Under the pieces are notes generated by a model. It was not told where the DNA came from and searched no databases. It saw only the letters and a list, made by a program, of their open reading frames with translations. DNA of 54,320 nucleotides from Pirellulales bacterium (GTDB lineage Bacteria; Planctomycetota; Planctomycetia; Pirellulales; JAICIG01): contig JBBDYJ010000002.1 of NCBI GenBank assembly GCA_040901675.1, positions 1-54,320 on the forward strand. Reading direction: 5' to 3'. The translations under genes were made by a program, and so were the position numbers. Positions 40,260-47,996 of this stretch are shown piece after piece. Position 1 is the stretch's first letter. The number at the start of each line of letters is the position of its first letter.

Positions 40260-41970
40260 CTCAACCTCCTTTTCAGGGACAGCCGGAGCCGCTGCCAGTC
40301 GCGCGTTTCGCCGCGGCCCTGGAGCGCCCGACCCAATCCCCTCTTTGTACTGTTTCACACCCACCCGACGCCCCAGCGAGGCACCGATACTAACCCGACG
40401 CGGGTGTCGGACTTCGGCGAGCTCAGTCGAGTCGCGGGCTCCCTGTCGAGAGCCTCCAGGTCGAACGAGACCCGCCCCGAGCTCGTCGAGGGGCGCCAGC
40501 GAGAGGCCAGTCGCTTCAGCGACCAACCCGACGCGCCGGCGAGCAAGCCGGCTCGCCCAAGCTTACCTTACGCCAACCCAGCCAGGAAGCTTCCTGCTTC
40601 TAGCGTCAGCTTTCAGACCGAGCGTTGCCGCGTTTCTTAACAGCGGTCCTTCGCGCACCGTGGTCGTTGCGGCCTCGCCGGCTGCCTGGGTCAAAGCGAT
40701 AGCGTGCCCCAGTCCTCCAGCCTCCGGCCCACAGCCTCCAGTCTCACTCAGTAGTCAGTAGCCGGACTCGCCAGAGTTCGGGCGCAAGAGGCGTCGGTGG
40801 TCAGAAGTCAGAGGTCGGAGGTCAGAAGTCAGACGCCGCACGGCGTCTTCGTTCCCCTTGTCGTTCCCCCCTTCCCCCGCTCCCCCCTTCCCCCCTTCGC
40901 TTTTGCTGCTCCCCTTGTGCCCTTGCCGAAGGTCCGTCTCTGGCGGACAAGTCAGCCTTCGGCTGACCTTCTGACCTCCCGGCAAATTGAGTTGTTTCCC
41001 GTTTTACGGTGTTTTAAGGGACAGAAGTCAGAACTGGACGGGACGTCATTGGTCATTGGGCATTGGTCATTGGTCATTGGTCATTGGTCTTGGGTCGCGT
41101 GCCGGAAGGCGGCCGCGTGCTGACCACTGACCACTGGCCCCCGACCACTATTGGCAATTGAGGCAATTGAGTTGTTCACCACTTTTCGCGACTTTATTCC
41201 GAACAATCCGGAACTTGGGGGAGATGGAGTCTACTGGGTAGTTTGGTCCTGGGGCTTGGGGCTTGTCCGCTGCTCGATCCGCATTCCGCAGGCCGGTAGC
41301 TGGCCCATCGGCCCGCGAAACTGGCTCCCCTTCAAGCGGACTCGACAGCTTGGTTGGTAGTTGCGACTCGACTGAGCTCGCGACTCGACTGAGCTCGCCG
41401 AAGTCTGGTTCTTGGTTGCTGGTTTGCCAGGAACTACTCCGGGACGCTGGTCGTCCACTGGCCACTAAGCACTGCCCACTAACCACTACTGCTTATACCG
41501 GAGGCGGTGGGCGGATGTCAAGTGGTTTGTGCTGAATTGTGTACGGAATTGTGTGTGTAGATGGAACCAGGGACTAAAGTCCCTGGCAACCATCGTGCGC
41601 CCTACGGGCGAGGGAATGAGGCGCGAGGGGAGGGGGCAAGGGGGGATGAGGGGAACGGACGATCCGGCAGGGCGGACGTGCGGCAAGCTCGTTCTGCGGG
41701 CCACTGACCTCTGTCCTGAGTTGCAAGTCCGCGCTCTGGCGGATCCCCCGGCCCACGCTAGTTGCAGAATGAGCTGCGGCCCCTTTGATTCTCCGCTAGT
41801 TGCAGAATGAGCTGCGGCCCCTTTGATTCTCCCTTTGATTCTCCGGAAGGCGGACGGAAGGCAGCCCATCCCCTTGCGCCGGCCTTCCTCCTGTTGGGCT
41901 GACCTTGCGCCCTAATGACAAATGACAAATGACAAATGACAAATGACAAATGACAAATGACAAAAATCCC

Positions 41971-41999
41971 TTGACATCGTAACGGTACATGCGTACACT
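41971..41999 (+). promoter_or_regulatory. sigma70-type promoter of the WYL gene
   Basis: TTGACA-17 bp-TACACT. Confidence 0.75.
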
Positions 42000-42043
42000 G
42001 CCAGCCGCCGGCAGGCGCCGCACGCGTGGACGCCTGTCACGTT

Positions 42044-42058
42044 GGACACGGTCTGTCC
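42044..42058. promoter_or_regulatory. Candidate operator GGACA-N5-TGTCC
   Basis: Perfect inverted repeat between the promoter and the WYL start. Confidence 0.5.
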
Positions 42059-42145
42059 GGATCGGCTGGTAGGATCCGCCGAGCGTTTCGCCCAGGCACT
42101 TATTGGAACCGCCTCCCTTGAGCCAACCCGGCCCTGCAGCCTGCC

Positions 42146-43129
42146 ATGACATCCGCGGCACCCCTTTTCCGCCAGTGGCTGTTGCTGCGGACCTTGTCCG
42201 CCCGGCACGGCGGGGTGGCGGTGCGGGAGTTGGCCGCCGAGCTGGAGGTGAACGACAAAACGGTCCGCCGCGACCTGGAGCTGTTCCGCAACCTTGGCTT
42301 CCCGCTCGAAGAGACGGTTGCCGATCATGGCCGCAAGCTCTGGCGGCTGACCGGCTCGTTGAGCGACGGCGTCAGCTTTGCCTTCGACGAGGCCCTGGCC
42401 CTCTTCCTGGGCCGGCGCCTGCTCGAGCCGCTGGCCGGCACCGTCCTCTGGCAGGCGGCCACGAACGGCTTCAAAAAAATCCGCGCCGGCCTTGGCACCG
42501 CGGCCCTGGAGTACTTGGACCGGATGGCCGGCAGCATCTACCTCACCGGCGTGGGCGGCGGCGGCTACGCCGGCCAGGCCGACTTGATCGACGAGCTGCA
42601 GCGTGCGGTCGAGGAATCGAAGGCGACGCACATCGTCTACCGCTCGCAGCGCGCCACCGAGCCGGTGACGTACGAGGTCTACCCCTACGGGCTGGCCTAT
42701 CACCGCGGCTCGCTGTACCTGGTGGCCCACTCGCGGGAGCACGACGAGCTGCGTCATTTCAAGGTGAACCGGATCGAGGAGGCGGAGGTGAGCGCCTTTC
42801 CCTTCCAGCGGCCCGACGATTTTGATCTCGCCCGTCACTTCGCCGACAGTTTCGGCGTCTACGGCGGCCGCGGCGACGTGCGCATCCGCGTCCGTTTCTC
42901 CCCTTCCGTCGCCCGTTACGTATCCGAATCGACCTGGCACCCCAGCCAGCGTCTGACCCGCCAGCCCGACGGCGGCCTCTTGGCCGAGTTCCGTTTATCG
43001 TCCACCGAGGAGATCAAGCGATGGATCATGAGTTTCGGCCGTCACGCCCTCGTGGAGTCGCCGGCCGCCCTGCGCGACGAGATCGCCGAGGAGCTGCGGG
43101 CTCTCGTCGAGCAATACCAGCCACACTAA
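42146..43129 (+). CDS. HTH-WYL-WCX transcriptional regulator
   Basis: ELAAELEV..KTVRRDL HTH; PYGLAY...LYLVA...RHFKVNRI; WIMSFG. Confidence 0.93.
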   Translation: MTSAAPLFRQWLLLRTLSARHGGVAVRELAAELEVNDKTVRRDLELFRNLGFPLEETVADHGRKLWRLTGSLSDGVSFAFDEALALFLGRRLLEPLAGTVLWQAATNGFKKIRAGLGTAALEYLDRMAGSIYLTGVGGGGYAGQADLIDELQRAVEESKATHIVYRSQRATEPVTYEVYPYGLAYHRGSLYLVAHSREHDELRHFKVNRIEEAEVSAFPFQRPDDFDLARHFADSFGVYGGRGDVRIRVRFSPSVARYVSESTWHPSQRLTRQPDGGLLAEFRLSSTEEIKRWIMSFGRHALVESPAALRDEIAEELRALVEQYQPH

Positions 43130-43723
43130 CCCGACGCGCCAGCGAGAGGCCGTGATGTGGTCCGACACCAACCCGACGCGCCAGCGAGAGGCCGTGATGT
43201 GGTCCACTCGCTCCGCGAGTGGTAGGCCAGGAAGGCGCTGCCGGTGTTTTCCCCCAAGTCCCAAGCACCAAGCTCCAAGACCTCTGCCTTGCCTTATTCC
43301 CGTGGCGTCTCCGTGTTCTCCGTGCCTTCGTGGTGAATTCTCTTCGTCCGTCCGTCTTCTTCGTCCGTCCGTCCCAAGCCCCAAGTCCCAAGCACCAAGC
43401 ACCACCATCCAAGCAGCGGGCCTTTGCGCACTCGCGCAAAGACCTCCGCATGTTTCGTCCGCCGTCCGCCTTTTTCCTTGCTTCTCGGGTCCAGCGATGT
43501 ATAACCGGTTCCACGATTCCGCCGGCCGTTCGGCCCTGGTCTCGCAATTGGTCTCGACACACACCGGAAGGGGCAGGGGAGCGACATCCATGCCCATACC
43601 GACCCGACGCGGGTGTCGGACTTCGGCGAGCTCAGTCGAGTCGCGGGCTCGACCCGCCCCGAGCTCGTCGAGGGGCGCCAAGGAGAGGCGCCTCGTGACC
43701 CGACGCCCCCGCGTCAGCCAACG

Positions 43724-43963
43724 TCACGCCTTGCCGTACAGGGCGCGGTCGTGGTCAGAACCACTGAACGGGTCCGTTGCTCCTTCGATCGGCAACGAAG
43801 CGATGCGTGAGATCTCTTCCATTACGGCGCGATGCCGCTCTTCGTCCATGGCTCCCTCGGCCGTCGGCGCGCACGGCGACATGAGCACCGTCGTCCCCTC
43901 CGGCAGCGTGGCCCCTTTTTCCAGCACAACGACGCCGTTTTCGACCTGGCCGCGGATAACCAT
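43724..43963 (-). CDS. Small DUF104/AF2212-like antitoxin
   Basis: MVIRGQVENGVVVL...LPEGT.V and C-terminal DHDRALYG; TTGAGT-17-GACAAT promoter 6 nt before the ATG (leaderless). Confidence 0.7.
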   Translation of the reverse strand: MVIRGQVENGVVVLEKGATLPEGTTVLMSPCAPTAEGAMDEERHRAVMEEISRIASLPIEGATDPFSGSDHDRALYGKA

Positions 43964-44082
43964 TCCAGCATTGTCGCACCGCGACCGCCGGCACTCAACG
44001 CCAACGACAACGCGCTGCCGCGGGGGTTGTTGTTGATGGACTCGAATCGCAATCACCCAGAGTCTCCGATGAAGGCTCGACA

Positions 44083-44191
44083 TCCGGCAAACACGGGCGG
44101 GCCACCCCCCGGTCTGCAGCCTAGGCCGCCGCAGGTTGGAACTGCGTCGGTGGTGGCCCGCCCAACGAAACTTTTGACGATACGCCGGCTT
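44083..44191 (-). ncRNA. Candidate structured small RNA from the leftward promoter
   Basis: 12-bp perfect stem 44095-44106/44152-44163, closing CCGGCG/UGCCGG stem, starts just after a -10 box. Confidence 0.45.
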
Positions 44192-44197
44192 CGTGGG

Positions 44198-44226
44198 GTT
44201 ATACCTGCTGATTGTGAAGTGGTCAA
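44198..44226 (-). promoter_or_regulatory. Leftward sigma70-type promoter
   Basis: Minus strand TTGACC-17 bp-TATAAC. Confidence 0.75.
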
Positions 44227-44227
44227 T

Positions 44228-44253
44228 CAACCGTTCACTCAAAAGCAACTGAA
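44228..44253 (-). promoter_or_regulatory. Self protospacer with TTC PAM for the mini-array spacer
   Basis: Minus strand TTC|AGTTGCTTTTGAGTGAACGGTTG versus spacer AGTTGCTTATGCGGGAACGGATG. Confidence 0.8.
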
Positions 44254-44254
44254 C

Positions 44255-44283
44255 TTGACATCCTGGCCCACCGTGAGTACAGT
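44255..44283 (+). promoter_or_regulatory. Rightward sigma70-type promoter for the mini-array and cas operon
   Basis: TTGACA-17 bp-TACAGT. Confidence 0.78.
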
Positions 44284-44296
44284 GGCCCAAAAAGCT

Positions 44297-44394
44297 GCCG
44301 CTGTCGGCGGTCCCATTGAAGCAGTTGCTTATGCGGGAACGGATGTACCGTCCGTCTACCTTCCGCGCTCTAACGAGCGCGGCCCCATTGAAGG
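44297..44394 (+). CRISPR. Degenerate mini-CRISPR (crRNA-like RNA): truncated repeat, 36-nt spacer, variant repeat
   Basis: Both repeats contain CCCATTGAAG after a hairpin; spacer 44323-44358 has the main-array spacer length. Confidence 0.85.
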
Positions 44395-44530
44395 ATGCTC
44401 GCACCCACTGCTGGGACGCTCCGGCCCAATGGCTCTTCCGCCGACTGCGGCAAGCCGTGGCTATCCCTGCAAGGCGCAAGGGGCAGCGAACACCATTCGA
44501 CGCAGTGGCGCCTTCCGGTGAGATAGCACC

Positions 44531-47125
44531 ATGACTGACTCGAAATTCTTTGTAGGAGCTTTCGCAGCCCTAACGGGGAAGTCGGCGCCGTTCCCTTGGC
44601 AGCGCGCGCTTTTTGAGGAGTTCGTAAAGGGCAAGCTTCCGCCCTCGTGCAATGTGCCGACTGGCCTGGGCAAGACGGCCGTCATCCCGATCTGGCTCAT
44701 CGCGCTGGCGAATCAGCCACAAAATGTTCCGCGTCGGCTCGTATATGTCGTCAACCGGCGAACTGTCGTTGATCAGGCAACCAGAGAGGCCGAGGCGGTT
44801 CGCGAGCGTTTGGGCGATGTTCCTGCTCTTTTTGACGGTCTCAGCCGCTTGTGCGCGGTCCGCTGCAAGCCGCCGCTCGCCATCAGCACGCTTCGGGGGC
44901 AGTTTGCCGATAACCGCGAGTGGAGTTGGGATCCGGCCCGGCCTGCCATCATCGTCGGCACGGTCGATATGATCGGCAGCCGACTGCTGTTCAGCGGTTA
45001 CCGGTGTGGTTTCAAATCCCGGCCATTGCACGCCGGTTTCCTTGGTCAGGACACCCTGCTCGTTCACGACGAGGCGCACCTGGAGCCTGCGTTTCAAGAG
45101 CTCTTGAAGTCCATTGAGAACGAGCAGAAGCGGTCCGGCGACTTCCGTCCACTACGGGTGATGGAACTTACTGCGACTTCCCGCGGGCGCTCCGAGCAGT
45201 TTGGCCTGACCGATGAGGAGAAAGAAGGAAAAGTGCCGGAAGTCCGCAAGCGAATGCAGGCGAAGAAGACGATCCGCCTTCACGGATGCGACGATGAAAA
45301 GAAGGTAGCTGAACAGATCGCCGATCTGGCCCTCGCGCACAGACACTCCGGCCAGGCGATCCTTGTCTTCGTGCGAACGGTGGATGACGTCAATAAGATT
45401 GCTACGAGACTGAAGAAAGACAAAGAGCGATTTGAATTGCTCACGGGGACGCTGCGCGGTAAAGAGCGCGACAAACTGGTCGAGAGCCCAGTCTTCCGCC
45501 GTTTCATGCCGAATGCGAAGCCGGACAGCACAACTGTTTACCTTGTTTGTACGTCCGCCGGGGAAGTGGGTATCAATATCTCGGCTGATCACCTCGTCTG
45601 TGACTTGACACCCTTTGAGAGCATGGTGCAGCGATTCGGGCGCGTGAACAGGTTTGGTGACGGCGATGCGCGGATTGACATTGCTCACCCCGTGAGTTTT
45701 GACGGGGACGAACCGCTCGAGATCGCCAGAGCGCGGACGCTGAACCTCTTGGACCAGCTGCGCGGCGACGCGAGCCCGGCAGCGCTCAGTGAAGTTCCCG
45801 CCGCGGACCGGCAAGCTGCGTTCACTCCGACGCCTCAGGTTTTGCCCACATCCGAGATTCTCTTCGATGCCTGGACCCTTACCAGCATTGCCCCACCGCT
45901 TACCAAGGAGCCGTTGCCTGGGCGGCCCCGCGTGACGGACTATCTACATGGGGTCCCAAATGGATGGCAGCCACCGGAAACCTATGTCGCGTGGCGGCGG
46001 GAAGTTGAAATACTAGACGTCGAGATCCTCCTGAAACACAAACCGGAGGATCTCTTGGAAGATTATCCCCTGAAGCCCCACGAATTGCTGCGAGACCGTA
46101 CCTCGCGTGTATTCGAGCGACTTGAAGCCATCGCCACGCGACTGGCCGAACGTCTCGACCGCCCCGGGTCGCTGCGCGCGTGGGTCATTGACCCAGACGG
46201 AGACGTCGCCATGGTGCCGCTAGAGCGGCTCATCGCCAGGGACAGACAGAGAAGGCCCATCTTCAACCTCGCCGAGTGCACCGTAGTCCTTTCGCCCTCC
46301 GCTGGCGGCTTGGAAAATGGGATGCTCGATGGCGACTCGCCTCTGGCCGACGACGTGGCCGACGAGTGGTACGACGAGAGCGGTCAGCCCCGGCGCGAAC
46401 GCGTGATTGTTGAGGCGGGAACAGAACTCCGGCGAACGGATGGGATGCGCCTGGTCCGCAACATCCCTCTCAATCCACCGACGGACGACGAAGCGGAAGC
46501 GCTTGACGAACAGCCGGCGCGAGAGTGGCGCTGGTACGTCCGCCCACGTTCAGCGGACGACGATGGATCCAAGACGGCAATGAAAGCCGTCGCGCTGCAA
46601 GTGCATCTAAGCGATGTGGAGCGCGTGGCGGCTGCCATCGCCGCCGCGCTGCAGCTTCCAGAGAAGCTTCGCACGGCACTCCTTTTCGCGGCTCGCCTTC
46701 ACGACACAGGTAAGGACCGGCCTCTTTGGCAGCGGTCCATTGGCAATCCAGGCGCCAGCGTCCTCGCCAAGTCGGGCAACCGCCGACCGCCGGACATTGC
46801 GACCCCGTACCGCCATGAGTTTGGCTCCGTCCTCGATATTGACGGTAACAGCGAGTTCCTATCACTGGATTCGGAAACCCAAGACTTGGTCCTGCACCTG
46901 ATTGCCGCGCACCACGGTCGTGGCAGGCCACATTTTCCGCGGGATGAGCTCTATGATCCCGGGCACGCGGAAACCGCCTGGCACGACATCGCCCGTGCCA
47001 TCCCCAAGCGGTTTGCTCGGCTGCAGTCGAAGTACGGGCGCTGGGGGCTGGCTTACCTCGAATCTCTGTTGCGGGCCGCCGACGCCGAGGCCAGCGTTAA
47101 TCCGTCGCAGGTAATCGATGAATAA
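44531..47125 (+). CDS. cas3: Type I-G Cas3 (helicase with C-terminal HD nuclease)
   Basis: PFPWQ, PTGLGKT, DEAH, QRFGRVNR; C-terminal HD motifs LHDTGK, RHE, AHHG, RAAD. Confidence 0.95.
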   Translation: MTDSKFFVGAFAALTGKSAPFPWQRALFEEFVKGKLPPSCNVPTGLGKTAVIPIWLIALANQPQNVPRRLVYVVNRRTVVDQATREAEAVRERLGDVPALFDGLSRLCAVRCKPPLAISTLRGQFADNREWSWDPARPAIIVGTVDMIGSRLLFSGYRCGFKSRPLHAGFLGQDTLLVHDEAHLEPAFQELLKSIENEQKRSGDFRPLRVMELTATSRGRSEQFGLTDEEKEGKVPEVRKRMQAKKTIRLHGCDDEKKVAEQIADLALAHRHSGQAILVFVRTVDDVNKIATRLKKDKERFELLTGTLRGKERDKLVESPVFRRFMPNAKPDSTTVYLVCTSAGEVGINISADHLVCDLTPFESMVQRFGRVNRFGDGDARIDIAHPVSFDGDEPLEIARARTLNLLDQLRGDASPAALSEVPAADRQAAFTPTPQVLPTSEILFDAWTLTSIAPPLTKEPLPGRPRVTDYLHGVPNGWQPPETYVAWRREVEILDVEILLKHKPEDLLEDYPLKPHELLRDRTSRVFERLEAIATRLAERLDRPGSLRAWVIDPDGDVAMVPLERLIARDRQRRPIFNLAECTVVLSPSAGGLENGMLDGDSPLADDVADEWYDESGQPRRERVIVEAGTELRRTDGMRLVRNIPLNPPTDDEAEALDEQPAREWRWYVRPRSADDDGSKTAMKAVALQVHLSDVERVAAAIAAALQLPEKLRTALLFAARLHDTGKDRPLWQRSIGNPGASVLAKSGNRRPPDIATPYRHEFGSVLDIDGNSEFLSLDSETQDLVLHLIAAHHGRGRPHFPRDELYDPGHAETAWHDIARAIPKRFARLQSKYGRWGLAYLESLLRAADAEASVNPSQVIDE

Positions 47126-47993
47126 CCAGAGCGGGCAAACAGTCTGTATCGATATTGATCCCACGAACCCGGGGCAATTCTTTGCCTGCTGCGGGCTTTT
47201 GGAATTGGCGGACCGATCGTGGAACGGGGCTGAGGGCTGGTTCGACACCTACACGTTTTCGATGAGACCGCTATCGGCCGTCGCTACGCCGAGTACCGGG
47301 CAGTTAGCTGCCGAGCTCGGACGGTGCCGTCTGACCAACATAATGACGGAGCAGCAATTGACGCGGCTCGAGGAACTTGCGGCGATGACGAAGAAGGAGC
47401 GAGCCGCAGTGCCGGGTTCAGAAAATGAAAGAAGCGAGCTTGAACGGCTACGGCGCGAAAGCGCCTTGATTCTCCATGATCCATTCAACATCCAGATCGA
47501 CTGGTTTCTTGACAGCCGATCGGGAGGCAATCGGTTTAAGACCTGGGCCGGACAGCAATCCGTCGTGGACATTGCCCGCGCAATGAAGCGCCCCATCGAA
47601 ACTGGGGCGTGGGATTCACTTTCTCCGAAACGGTGGCTTTCGCAGACCACCGATGATGACGGCTTGCCATTTAACTTCGATTCCGATCTGGGCGGGCAAG
47701 CGTCCGCTTTGGACGTGGGATTCAGCTTCGATCCGCTCGGCATGGCCTCCAAGACGCGCCCGCTCATCGAGCTGGCTGCCTTCATTGGGCTGCAGCGATT
47801 TCGACCTCGCCCCGATGCGAAGGACAACCGCTTCCTATTTGCGCTCTGGGATCTTCCATTGACGCCGCAAATCGCCTCCGTCGCCGCCAGCGATATGTTG
47901 GCAATGCCGGGGCTGCGAGTGTTTGAATTTCGCTTGCTGTATCGCACCAAGTACTTGAAGAGCTTTCTTTCCGCCCAACCAATTTCGAGGTGA
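47118..47993 (+). CDS. cas8u2: Type I-G large subunit, Cas8u2-type
   Basis: DPTNPGQFFACCGLLELA, KTWAG, LAAFIGLQRFRP; lies between cas3 and cas7. Confidence 0.8.
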   Translation: MNNQSGQTVCIDIDPTNPGQFFACCGLLELADRSWNGAEGWFDTYTFSMRPLSAVATPSTGQLAAELGRCRLTNIMTEQQLTRLEELAAMTKKERAAVPGSENERSELERLRRESALILHDPFNIQIDWFLDSRSGGNRFKTWAGQQSVVDIARAMKRPIETGAWDSLSPKRWLSQTTDDDGLPFNFDSDLGGQASALDVGFSFDPLGMASKTRPLIELAAFIGLQRFRPRPDAKDNRFLFALWDLPLTPQIASVAASDMLAMPGLRVFEFRLLYRTKYLKSFLSAQPISR

Positions 47994-47996
47994 ACG

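Noticed and set aside
41757..41843. 38-bp tandem repeat containing GCGGCCCCTTTGA, resembling the CRISPR repeat 3' end
   Set aside because: Units are head-to-tail with no unique spacer and no repeat hairpin; more likely a REP-like duplication
44130..44146. T-arm-like hairpin suggesting a tRNA
   Set aside because: Wrong position for a cloverleaf, with no D-arm, anticodon arm or CCA
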